A stretch of 59,223 nt of DNA, the filler included, from Asterionella formosa (Eukaryota): NCBI GenBank assembly GCA_002256025.1. It is 4 parts of 4 records of this genome, joined end to end, with 100 filler letters (N's around TTAATTAATTAA, not from the genome) between each part and the next. Parts side by side here need not be neighbours in the genome. Positions count along the whole stretch, not along the records: positions 44,496 to 59,223 come from NKIB01005794.1; 3 more parts are not named here. One strand, 5' to 3'. Positions within the stretch are counted from its first letter, which is position 1, and every line of letters begins with the position of its first letter. Both the position numbers and the translations under genes were made by a program. Below, piece after piece: positions 48,568 to 59,223 of the stretch. The notes beneath the pieces are model-generated. The model worked only from the letters and a program-made list of their open reading frames with translations. It made no database searches and was not told the DNA's origin.

Positions 48568-49922
48568 CGTCAGTACTTGTTTTGCGCTGGGAATAAATTG
48601 ATTCGACACCCTGCCTTATATACCGGTCGGTAGTACCGGTATGCTTGTTATCATTTTAGTCGGAGTTATTCTCATCTGAGCAGCATGCGACAAGCGTATA
48701 GGTATTAATTTTCATATACCGGTATATAGGCAAAAAAGGTGGGGTGGAGGAATTTTGGGTGGGTATACTGGTAGTCACTTCCTCATCCAGAAGTACTGGT
48801 AGGGGTAAAATGTTTGTGGTAGGTTTGATCTTGGATCGATTCTCATTGACTGCACTGTTCATATCAGCCGGAGAATTGGATTGCAAGTGTTGATTGGGTA
48901 AAGGATTTCCTTTGTATCCCAGCTCCTTGGTGCTGTTTCTCTTCCATCTGTTTGTTGTTCAATATGTAGTACTGTGTAGGTACAGTGGGATGGAAATGGT
49001 CTGTTTGGATTTGGATGCATGGACACCACTGTCAAAGCCTTACTCAATTTAATGATGCTGTTGGGTGGATTTCGGTCATTTTGGTCAATCAACATGAGTT
49101 TCTGGTCAATTCTTGTGATTCTTTCATCTGTTGGTTGTTCAATATGTACTATGTAGCTGCAGTGGCACTGTCATGGATTTCTTCTGTTAACGTTTGGTTG
49201 CATTTTTATTTTTCATCACAGTAACATACATACATTAAATTTTATTCTTGTGTCTTAATACGAAATAACGATTCTTGTCGATTATTTAGGACTATTCTTG
49301 ATTATATATATATTCCTTGCTTATGGATAGACTAGGTTCTCCTGAAACCCCTTTTGATAGCAGTGCCAGTTGCAATATCCATGTTGAGCATTGCCCTTGT
49401 AGGATTTATTACATGGCCACTCTGCCTTCTTTTGCAATTTAAATTCTTCCTTTTAATCATCAACTCTTCTCTGTATTTGGTCCACTAAAACCCATTTGTG
49501 TCAACCTTGGCTGTCATTACCAATCCTTCATAAATTTGTTTTCCTGATTTGTTGACTCTGCATGCTGGTATGACAATCACTGCCAATGATGCAGAATTCG
49601 ATGAACTGATACAGGTACTCAGGTTTATAAGAATGTATAGACTAGTAATCGGATGAGTCGGCAAGTCGAAACACAGCCATTCGATGAGTCGTATAGAACG
49701 ATTTTTAACAATGATGCTGTAACCCCAATCGGTTGTTCTCACAGACAACAGACACGACTTGAAGAACAGCAGTCGATCCATCAGCCAAGCAAGAAAGGAA
49801 CAATTTGGAAGCGCATCATAATAATTGCTCGCGAAAAGAGATCTTGCTTCTCACGGACGATCACACAAATAAAATTTCTCAGGCTTCATTCACTCTATAA
49901 CCGCCTGAGATCAGCTGCCACG

Positions 49923-50606
49923 ATGAAATACCTCCCCACCCTGCTACTCTCCCTAGTCCCAGGCGTTCTGTGTCATAAAGCTCCTTGCCACAAGAAGAGG
50001 ATTGGATCATCCTCTGATCCGAAACCGCCTTTTCCTTTCACTCCTCCTTCTGAGGCGTTCTGCAAGTCCAACATTCTTGGAGACGACGCGTACTTGAGCT
50101 TCTTCACACCATGTGACTTTGCCTTTTACAAGACGGACCTCGTTCCAGATCATTTCTCTTGCGATGAGGTTGACCCCTCCGTGCTGATCAAGACCGAGTC
50201 ACGAAAGGTCATGATGTGGCCCGAGTCTTGTGTTGCCGTCGGTCCACGATGCTACTCTTTGGTGGACTATCCAGACCTCTTCAAGTTTGCGATTAACAGC
50301 GACGAGGAGAATTACGCCATGGAATTTCCGTCTGATGCCACGGTCGTGTCCGTGGACTGCACTGCGGACTTTGCGAAAGTTGAGGTGTTTATGGAAAGTC
50401 TTGGCCCAGAGATTGAACATGTGGCTTCTTCGATTGCCTTTGCCTCTGGCGTTGTTCTATTTGCCGTGGTGGCTGCAATTGTGGCCTGCTTCTGCTGTTG
50501 CTTTGGAGCATGCAAGGCTCGTCCCAACTACACTCTTGTGCCAGGTTCTGTCATGAGTACTTCAACCCACTTTGAATCTCCCTCCAAAACAAAGGTACTT
50601 GTTTAA
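49923..50606 (+). CDS. Hypothetical type I membrane protein (signal peptide, Cys-containing ectodomain, TM with Cys cluster)
   Basis: MKYLPTLLLSLVPGVLC signal peptide and C-terminal TM IAFASGVVLFAVVAAIVACFCCCF. Composition is coding-like. Confidence 0.75.
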   Translation: MKYLPTLLLSLVPGVLCHKAPCHKKRIGSSSDPKPPFPFTPPSEAFCKSNILGDDAYLSFFTPCDFAFYKTDLVPDHFSCDEVDPSVLIKTESRKVMMWPESCVAVGPRCYSLVDYPDLFKFAINSDEENYAMEFPSDATVVSVDCTADFAKVEVFMESLGPEIEHVASSIAFASGVVLFAVVAAIVACFCCCFGACKARPNYTLVPGSVMSTSTHFESPSKTKVLV

Positions 50607-51176
50607 GAAGCTAAACACAACATGCTCATTATTGCGAACCCCTCAGTGTCAGCAACGAATAAAACTAGAACTGAGAAGGATGCAACGGAATTGAAGATAC
50701 TATTGATTTGGAGGTATCGTTAGATTCACATAATACTTATTAAATAGCCAAAACTTGAGCAAACTAGCATATTGTCGTTCCCTTTTTCAATGATGCTCAG
50801 TCTCCCTTTTCATAAGAATTTTGAATGACTGTGAAAACTGATGATTTCGCTTTATTTTAATAGCAGTAAGTTTGAGGAGGACAGGAATACTCTATTTTAA
50901 TTGAGGTTTGTGTGTACATCTTCGAGTTTTGCTCCAATCTCCACTCAACACACTATGACATGTATTTGTGCTTTTACCGAAAGAGTTCAGCTGTCCCAAA
51001 AGCCATGAAATCTTAGAGAATTGCTGATGGACAATATCGGGTAATTCAAAGGATTGTACTTCAGATAAATACGAAGCAGCATTTGAGGTGGTCCAATTTT
51101 AATTGGAAACACTAGTGCCATTTGATGGCTTACACGCCTTGTCATGCGGGAATGCACCGTCTCGTTCGAACTATCT

Positions 51177-54100
51177 TTAGGATTCTTCGAGAGAATTGCA
51201 AGTAGACGCATCCCGAAAGGAGAAACTTAAAACTTCTTCTGCTCTTTGAATCGCTCGCTTTGCAAAAAAGATTACATCACGATCTCCTCCATTCTCCTTC
51301 TTGATTTCGACATAAAGCTGATCTTGCAACATCGTCATAGCCAGTGTCACTTCATCTTCTTCTAACATACCCATGATTGTGCAAAACGAGCGTCCTACAT
51401 TCAACCGAACATTGGCAACTTTATCGGATACCAAAGAAAGTGACAATTCGACTAACTCTCGTTGAGGGGACTTCACCCCTACATCATACTTTGCTGGGGA
51501 CATTCCATTCATCAATATCATTTCTGTCATTTTCAAAGACAACATCCGTTGTTTCGAATCAGTACTCCGATTGCAAACCATGACATGAGGAATGACAATT
51601 GCACGCATCCACTCAATTGAGTCTTCGCCGTGGGATCCCAAACCACCACCGCCAAGGCAAAGACATTCTGCAGCTGTTCTACGAACAGCATCAACACGAT
51701 CAGACATAAGTCGAAAACAAAGTTGCGCAATATCAATCCTTGTTTCAAGTCTATGCGTGCATCCTAGCAGGGCAGGGACAATTTCCACTGCGCCTTGGCG
51801 AACGCGCCATTCTCGGCTAATCGCTAAGGCCGCCAAAGTTGGGAGCAACCGGAGAACTTGGGTTTCGGACAAAACAGGGATAAAGACTGGGTCCTTCTTT
51901 TCTAGACTCGTATGAGATTGAAAGGAAGAAAGCGAAATGTTGTCGTCCTCGGTGCTGGTGGATTTCTTGTGACCACGAATCTCGCGAACGTTTCCTCGAG
52001 AGGCATTAGTAACTGCACGAAGAGCAGCAGATGTGACTTCGGGAACAACATCATGAAGCAGCTGTTGCAGAAGTGGAATGAGAGTTTCGTCAACGTGTTT
52101 CTTGTAGCCTTTCAGGCTATAGTCGACAGATCCATGATCGGGTGAAGCAATCTCTTCCTGACTCTCAAGACCAACCAGAAGAGTCAACAATTCTCCTGCA
52201 GCGGTAGCCAAAGAAATGCGAACATCTATACTCAAGTCTCTCTGTAACTTGACTGTTACTGGAAGAAGGGCTTCTAAGACTCCAACATCGCTATTTACAC
52301 TTTTTTCTTGAGTTGAAATGAGAATTATCTCTGCCAGTCGAGGCACACAAAGAACCGCTTCACCTCGGACACGCTCATCTGTGTCGCCGAGGAGGGCTTG
52401 AAGCACGTCAATAATGATTCTGTACCAATGATCACCAAGTGCACTACATAGCCTATCACATTGAGCAGCGACAGCCAAACGTACTGCAGGTGATCGATCT
52501 TCTGCGAGTCGAGTAGCCACAGGTAGAAGCTTGCATTGAAGAAGATATACTTCTGCAAATGTAGGATCGTCACGAGGTGGAAGACGACGGACTGATCTGC
52601 TTCCTTGGCTAGCATCGCCAAGGAATGCATTGGGTAGATGTTCTGCCAAGTGCCAGGTGAGCGTCATTGCCGCAGATCGCAGCTGAGGTTCCGGGTCTGT
52701 CATCGCTCGTTCACACATCAGCACCAACCAAGGTACAGCCCGAGGATCAAACACGAGCTCGGCAATTTCATGAAGGATTGCCGCTGTCGATTTTCTCACC
52801 ATCACGTCAACATCATGCAGGGCCCTCGTTATAACGCCTCTCAGTTGGAGCTGGTGAGGGAACTCCAAATGTCCCCAGAGGACTGGTCCCAAGGAACAGG
52901 CTGTGATCCTGGCACTAATGCTTCTACTGGCAGCCAGTCTATGCACAACGGCGAGGAATCTATTTCCAGCGTGGAAACGATGAACATCGACGACCGACAG
53001 CTGCCTTTTCAGACCGAAATGTCGCCTCTGCTGTTCTGCTAGCTCTGCGTCTTCTTTCGATGATTGGCTTGCCTGCGTGGCACATTCCGGACTTCGCATC
53101 ATTGAGCAGTTGAGAATAATTAGTTTCAGAAGACTGCCAGCCGAGCCGAGATCATTTATGGAACCACCCGCTAAACCACCACCGCTAGCCAAAATAGCTT
53201 CTTCCTCAGACAATTCCATGTCACTGTCAATATCTAGCACATCACAAAGGAAAGCAATTACTTCACCACGTAACATGGCGGCTGGAGGGGATCCGGGATC
53301 TGCAAGAAATGTTCTCGTCCTGTGAAGTACGTCGCCAATTCGAAGTAGAGCTAGAGTCGCTGGACTCTTCACAGCAACTGCAATAGGCATTTTGACTCGA
53401 CCAGTAGGTGGAGGGGGAGGAATATTCTTTTTCTTTCTATTCATAGGTCCATTATCAAGCAGTGAATTAGTGGTATTCCTTGTCATGTCCTCATGCATTG
53501 TCAGAGACGAAAGCTTGATGAAATCGAAGAGAACCTTGGATACGCTCTTTGCCGAATCGGTGTACTCTTCAGCACTGTGCGATGTGTGTCTTTTAGAGGA
53601 AAACTCGTTGGAGCTCTCGAGGCTAGTTGGCAAGGCATTTGCAGCTTCTCTCTCGAGGCCAATAACTAGTAGCGTCAATATCCAAACGAGCTTCTCCCCG
53701 GCCAATATTAATGACTGTTCCTTATTGGTCAGTCTAGAAATTCCGTCGCTGTTCCATCTTTGATGCAGAATTTGGGAAAAGGCTTCCACTTTCGAAGTTT
53801 TTCGTGCTGAAGATTCCGCTCTCATATGTTCATGCACTTCATTGTCGACGGGGAGGCAAGTACCGAAGCCACTACCTCGAATCAGACGACCCATCTCTTC
53901 ACGTGCACATCGAAGTCCATCGCTACTTATCGGTCTTAGGCAAAGCTTTAGCGGACGTATGCTTTGGCGGAGTTCATCAATAGTTTCAAAGTGAGTCAAA
54001 TTCTTCGTTTCGACGTTGCCAACTTTGACAATGAGCGATCCAACTTTGACACCTGATTTCTTCGCTGCTCCTCCAGTAAGGACTGTCCTTACCACCGTAC

Positions 54101-55769
54101 GTTCCAGAACGTTTTCAACAGTTAACCCAAGCATTTCCCGATCAATGACTACGAAATAGTCACCGATTGATTGGTCTGAGGAGACTGTCGACTTGCTAGT
54201 ATCAGTTGCCTTCTCCTTCTTGTCCTTTTCCGATGAAGAAATTTGTTTCTTTAAACTAAAGACGCTAGAAAGGCCATAGTTCTTAGCTGGAGTGCCTTTT
54301 GATCGATTCATTCCCGCAAACATACTTTTGAATACTGAAGAAGAGCCCTTCGTAGACGGTGCAGTCTCCCCAGTCTCTGAGGAACCAGCGCTTGTCTGTG
54401 ATGATGTATCATCGTCCTTCACTTCTCTCTTGTTACTATTACCTGCTTCTCCGTTAGTTTTTTCTCCCAAGCAAGCCCAAAAGAACTGTGATGTTGCATC
54501 TCCATCGGCGCTTGTACACGGCGGCAGGAGATCAGGAACGACGTGCTGGCAATCAACGCCAAAAAATGGGTCACTACCTTCAGTATCGAGTCGTTCCCTT
54601 AGTGGCAGGCGAGGCAACAACGCCTCCATGGCATCATAAGCATCTTCCGCCATGAAAAGCATCGATCGAACCTTCTCCGATGCTACAATCGCAGTATCGT
54701 GTTCAATAGTATCGTCGGGGTCAAACAGAACCTCCTTTTTAGACCTTGCCTTGGCATTGTGCACTTTTGCATCAGATTCTTGCTGCAATTTGAGGGGACT
54801 TTTCGGTATTTCAGCTTCAGGATCTATTTCCGTAATGTAATATTCCAGCATGAGCAAGTGTCGTAAAAAGGCATCATTTTCACCCTTGGCAAGTCTCTGA
54901 TTGACGGTAACATGTGAAGTATGGTCTCTCGTCGCCCCATCAAAGTAATCACTCACGTGATCATGGCTTGTTTTCCGCGTTTGTTCCAGTCTAATTCTTA
55001 GACATTCCTTCACGGACATGAAGTTGACAAATTGAATTTCGCGCCTGCCTTGCTGTTCTCTTTTCATTGGTAACGTCGACGTCGCCGATTCTGGTACGAG
55101 CCCAGGAGCCAGTGCCCGGGCAGCCTCGGCAGCAGCGGAGGGGGAAACATTATTGGCTGTTGCAGCAGCAGCCACCGCTGCCAGAGCCATTGCCGCTCTT
55201 GAAGTAACGTCGCTGTTGTCGAGCGCTACTTTTGTCGGGTTCTTACTTTCATTAGGAGACAATTCAATGCCCGCAACAGCATTGCCACTGTCCGCTGGTA
55301 AGTGGCTCTCCACAAGGGAAGGAGACTGGCCTGAAAAGTTCTGTTCAGGCTCGACTGGATTTTTTTCGTCTATGAAAGCCCCATCACTCGTTGCGGACAT
55401 GTGGATATCTTCGTCTTGTAGCGAAGACTCGGCAGCATCACTTCTTGTGGTAACAGCTGCTGTCGCTGATTCCTTAGACTCTCCAGCATTTTTGTCAGCA
55501 GCAATAGCCAAAGTCTTCGTTTCCTCTGGAGATGTGATGTCAGTATTCATGGGTATACCTACCGGCTCGTTTTGCAGAGGTGGGTGCTGCGCTACTACGT
55601 TGTTCCTTCCTTCCGAAGGCGCTGTCACCGAAGAAACGTCCGGCTCACTCTGGGACTTGATTTCGGGTGCAACTTCCACTTCATCTTCGCTATTACTGAT
55701 GGGAACTTTGTTCGATGCATCCATCACCTGCAATTTAGAAGCTGGTACTCTTGTCGAGTCATCGGACAT
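51177..55769 (-). CDS. Large PDZ-domain + PP2A-scaffold-like HEAT-repeat protein
   Basis: PDZ: MLGLTV...VRTVLTGGAAKKSGVKVGSLIVKVG...RPLKL. HEAT repeats: LHDVDVMVRK, LAEDRSPAVRLAVA, EWRVRQ, MSDRVDAVRRTAA, SDKVANVRLNV and DRDVIFFA. Confidence 0.85.
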   Translation of the reverse strand: MSDDSTRVPASKLQVMDASNKVPISNSEDEVEVAPEIKSQSEPDVSSVTAPSEGRNNVVAQHPPLQNEPVGIPMNTDITSPEETKTLAIAADKNAGESKESATAAVTTRSDAAESSLQDEDIHMSATSDGAFIDEKNPVEPEQNFSGQSPSLVESHLPADSGNAVAGIELSPNESKNPTKVALDNSDVTSRAAMALAAVAAAATANNVSPSAAAEAARALAPGLVPESATSTLPMKREQQGRREIQFVNFMSVKECLRIRLEQTRKTSHDHVSDYFDGATRDHTSHVTVNQRLAKGENDAFLRHLLMLEYYITEIDPEAEIPKSPLKLQQESDAKVHNAKARSKKEVLFDPDDTIEHDTAIVASEKVRSMLFMAEDAYDAMEALLPRLPLRERLDTEGSDPFFGVDCQHVVPDLLPPCTSADGDATSQFFWACLGEKTNGEAGNSNKREVKDDDTSSQTSAGSSETGETAPSTKGSSSVFKSMFAGMNRSKGTPAKNYGLSSVFSLKKQISSSEKDKKEKATDTSKSTVSSDQSIGDYFVVIDREMLGLTVENVLERTVVRTVLTGGAAKKSGVKVGSLIVKVGNVETKNLTHFETIDELRQSIRPLKLCLRPISSDGLRCAREEMGRLIRGSGFGTCLPVDNEVHEHMRAESSARKTSKVEAFSQILHQRWNSDGISRLTNKEQSLILAGEKLVWILTLLVIGLEREAANALPTSLESSNEFSSKRHTSHSAEEYTDSAKSVSKVLFDFIKLSSLTMHEDMTRNTTNSLLDNGPMNRKKKNIPPPPPTGRVKMPIAVAVKSPATLALLRIGDVLHRTRTFLADPGSPPAAMLRGEVIAFLCDVLDIDSDMELSEEEAILASGGGLAGGSINDLGSAGSLLKLIILNCSMMRSPECATQASQSSKEDAELAEQQRRHFGLKRQLSVVDVHRFHAGNRFLAVVHRLAASRSISARITACSLGPVLWGHLEFPHQLQLRGVITRALHDVDVMVRKSTAAILHEIAELVFDPRAVPWLVLMCERAMTDPEPQLRSAAMTLTWHLAEHLPNAFLGDASQGSRSVRRLPPRDDPTFAEVYLLQCKLLPVATRLAEDRSPAVRLAVAAQCDRLCSALGDHWYRIIIDVLQALLGDTDERVRGEAVLCVPRLAEIILISTQEKSVNSDVGVLEALLPVTVKLQRDLSIDVRISLATAAGELLTLLVGLESQEEIASPDHGSVDYSLKGYKKHVDETLIPLLQQLLHDVVPEVTSAALRAVTNASRGNVREIRGHKKSTSTEDDNISLSSFQSHTSLEKKDPVFIPVLSETQVLRLLPTLAALAISREWRVRQGAVEIVPALLGCTHRLETRIDIAQLCFRLMSDRVDAVRRTAAECLCLGGGGLGSHGEDSIEWMRAIVIPHVMVCNRSTDSKQRMLSLKMTEMILMNGMSPAKYDVGVKSPQRELVELSLSLVSDKVANVRLNVGRSFCTIMGMLEEDEVTLAMTMLQDQLYVEIKKENGGDRDVIFFAKRAIQRAEEVLSFSFRDASTCNSLEES

Positions 55770-56205
55770 ATTGTGGGTGTGCAGAATGGAACGAGCAAAG
55801 GCAATGGGGTTTGACGTAGCGGAAGTACTTGTTGCTACGGAACAAACTCAAACACGTTGTCCGTTGTGTTCTTAGTTGAATAGATATCTCCCAGATTCGT
55901 ACAAGTAGCGGCAATCGAAACCCTTTCTGAGCAACCTGAAATAAGAACAAAGTGAATCAGATTACAACGATGCCTTCCATACCAACAATAATGTATATCA
56001 AAGCAATATGTATAATGCTGATACGAGCGACGATTTTATCGTGTCGAAACTCTCGCTCATGAAATAATACCACCACGCCGGAGCAAATGCTGGTACCAGG
56101 TCGTAGTATTTTGCGTGAGAAGTTTGGTATATCATACATACGATACGACAGGTCATTCATATAGTAGTAGGTATATCATGTACATACCGGTACTCTGGTA
56201 TTACT

Positions 56206-56346
56206 GGTACCAGGTACCTGGTACCGTATTTCATCGCGTACAGCATGAGGATTCATTTTTATGTGCAACAAAACTTTAACGGTCGTTCCCCTACATACCT
56301 GTATGCTGATTGGTACCTGGTACCTGGTACCTGGTACCTGGTACCA
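56206..56346. repeat. GGTACC(A/T) heptamer array, including (TGGTACC)5 at 56311-56345
   Basis: Read directly from the sequence. Confidence 0.9.
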
Positions 56347-58386
56347 TACCAGGGAGTTTGTATGAACTGCACACACAAGTTAACTATTTATATAAAATCT
56401 AAAATATTTTACTTGCTTTGTGGTACCAGCTACTCTGTACTCCGGAGTACCAGCGAACCTGGTATGGAGTCCAGTTAGAAATGGCTTTGAGTCACGGTCG
56501 AATAGCTTTGAGCAACTTACTAGGAAATGGTTTAAATGTTCCTCACAGAGTGTACTGGTACAAAGATGCATTTTTCTATTTTTCCAGTTATGACTAGTTT
56601 TAGTTTGACAAAATTGTTCCTGACATTGCGCTAGATACAATATATGTACCAGTATCTTGTTGTCGATTAGCTTCTCATAGTGTTTCAGATAATTAGTTGA
56701 ATGTGTCAGAAAGTAGCGATCGGCCCAAAAAGTGGCAAAAAAATATTATACCATTGTGCTGGCATCTCCCGAAAATACACATATACATTTGTGAAGAAAA
56801 CTTAATATCTGATATATATTTAGTTGCGTTTACTAACCGCCATCATGGATAATGTATGTACCATAGCAATAAATGAATCAATTGGTCACTCTTAGAAAAT
56901 ATATGCAATATTTCTTGAAGGCCAAAAAAGTCACTCCATATTTATATGTCAGAGACTGTAAATCACATTAGAAATTGCTTCCGACACACCAAAAATTATG
57001 CAAATCGCAATCACCTCATCAACAACGATGAAACCTAGTAGTACAGCAAGACGGAACCAGCCTCAAGCATCCAAAATGTACAAGGAGATACCTAATTCTT
57101 TGAATAAGACTGTAGTGTCATTTATTTTAAATAGTATATCCTTATGCAAAACTGTCATATGGTGCAATATCAAATATTGTTGCATCTACGGTGGCTACAC
57201 TGACTTGCTGGCTAACAAAACCTATGGTCCAGTACCATTTGTAGAACCTAATTCAGGCAGGAAAGGCAACTTATTCACTACTGCGATTACCTTCTATGCC
57301 ACTAAATGATTCACAGTCATTGGCAGTACATTCCTCATCAATTTCTACCCTAACTGCAAATTCAAGTATTAATATCCAACTCCTGGTGGTGGTGTATCAA
57401 CCAGTTGATACATTTATGAGTAGTGGTGCTGGTGCAAGTGGCTGGTGCAAGGGTGAGAAATAATGATGAGAAAGAAAAAGAAGCAAATAATGAACACGGA
57501 TTTACCTGTGGAAATGAAAGGGATAATCGTGGAAATGAAGATGACGATTCCACCTTTTATGGGCGTCCAAAGGGCAGCACCAAAGCCATGTCACGAGATT
57601 ATGAACAACGCATTGCACAAGCCAACCTACAGTATCGCAATTGTGAGGATGCTAGAAACGGAACAAATCTGGAAGAACTTGCCTGCCAACGAAAAGAAAA
57701 AGCACTATGGGCGATAGCAAGCAATGAACGATACACAGCCGGTCGTCATGTCGTTGCAGGCAGGCTGGTTCCTAAAGTGGTCGATGACCAGCCAGCTTTA
57801 AGAGGCATACAGAAGAAGAAGTGCAGAGTGAGCAAGAGAATAAGAAAATTATTGCACAAAAGGCACTTGCAAACAAGTTTTATGCAATCAGAACGCAAAA
57901 CAAACCGCTGGCAGAGAGGACAGAGGCGCAAACGAAAACAATGGCAACAAGCAAGCAGGCGATCTTCCATTGCCAACAACAAAGCAACTTCTACTTACCA
58001 GATACCATGACACCATGATGCGTGGCGACGCTGCAGTACCAGTTGCAACTGTAATGGAGCCACTTCCTCACCCTTCAGTCGCTCCTATTACACGACAAGA
58101 TATGATGGGAGGACCACCAGTCTGAGAAAAATGCAATGACTCTGCTGCGAAAAAAATGCGAGGAGTCTTTCATGGAACCAACAAGATAAATTGGGAATAA
58201 CACCAATCTAAGAACGATGCAAGTACTGCGGAAAAACATGCAAACAATAAAATATTTTCAAAAGGTCACCTATATATTTTCATCAATGGCTTTGAGCCAC
58301 TTCAACCGGATTTGTCACTTTTAAAATGGATAGATCTCAGTTAATATATGTTCAAGTAAAAATGATCTAATTCTCATGTAGCTAGG

Positions 58387-58627
58387 TTAACGAACTAACA
58401 AATAACGTGCTTAAGGGCAAAAGATGGGATCAATTGTAGCATGCATCTAGAATTAGTCGGAAAATGATATAATAACATGGCTCAAAGCCATTTATAACTG
58501 GTACCTTAACGAACTAGTAAGTAATAGCGTGCCAAATGGCGAAAGAGGGGATCGATTGTAGCATATATCTAGAATTAGTCGGAAAATGATAAAATAACAC
58601 TGCTCAAAACCATTTACAACTGGTACC
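58387..58627. repeat. Tandem duplication of about 120 nt
   Basis: TTAACGAACTA...ATCTAGAATTAGTCGGAAAATGATA...CCATTTA.AACTGGTACC at 58387-58505 and 58506-58627. Confidence 0.85.
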
Positions 58628-59223
58628 CAGTACCCTCTGGTATTATAGTATCATTCATAGCTACTTGTAATACATAGAGGAGTATTCCGTACTTCATGAT
58701 ACATGATACCAGGTACCATGCACTTACAGAAGTAGTCCGGTCCCGCTGGAAAGCCAGCATGCATTATGTCAATGCATGCATAGCCTTGGTTGTACATACC
58801 GGTACCAGGGTACCCATAATTGGCTTCCTGTACGCAGATACCAATGTAATTTGAGCATGATGCGTCTGCTGGCTCAAACCGGTTTTCATACTGTATGGCT
58901 GGAATCATGCTCAGAGTACATATAGTAGCCACCGTAGCCCTAGTATGATAGATAATTAGCATAGGGAATATTTTATGGATAAATATATTCATGCATGAGT
59001 TTACGTAATGTTGACAAGCATATAACAACATCAGCGATCGCTTTATTCATCTACATTCATTACAAACTTGTAATCGAAGTCCAAGGCACATCGATGTGTC
59101 TTCATCTTCTTTATAAGGTTGTCGATTTCGACAGGGCCATGCTTGGAGCGCTGCTGTTGCAGTTCTGGTTCAAATAAGCCAGAATCAAGAGCATGGTAAG
59201 CCAACATGTACTGGCGAGCTCGT

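Noticed and set aside
55153..55875. 240-aa antisense ORF and similar shadow ORFs opposite real genes
   Set aside because: Antisense shadows of long coding frames with no independent motifs.

Overview
AT-rich eukaryotic nuclear DNA, most likely a diatom or other stramenopile. The evidence is short GT-AG introns, a bipartite ASAF-type plastid presequence, a class II aldolase and a Copia element. The window is not one locus: three 100-nt N/TTAATTAATTAA/N linkers join four scaffolds of 14735, 14731, 14729 and 14728 nt, apparently sorted by size. Genes identified are a TLC-domain protein, CCA-adding enzyme, LSM2, an ATG11-like protein, two tandem Kir-like channels, a TPR protein, a CRAL-TRIO protein, a cGMP-dependent kinase (partial), PSMB4, MED31, a plastid-targeted acetyl-CoA synthetase, NDUFAF7, a class II FBA (3' end only), TFB2, a Ctr-like transporter and a PDZ+HEAT protein. 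There is also a degenerate Copia element and an ARF pseudogene. The standout is an apparent circularly permuted tRNA-Ile(UAU) gene at 9042-9129: its 3' half lies upstream of its 5' half and the break falls at the canonical 37/38 intron position. It has a leader forming the anticodon-intron pair, an upstream TATA-like box and a downstream T6 terminator. Also notable are the unusual Kir channels (zinc-finger-like insertion, GYT filter, His at the rectification site) and GGTACC-heptamer arrays found upstream of many genes.
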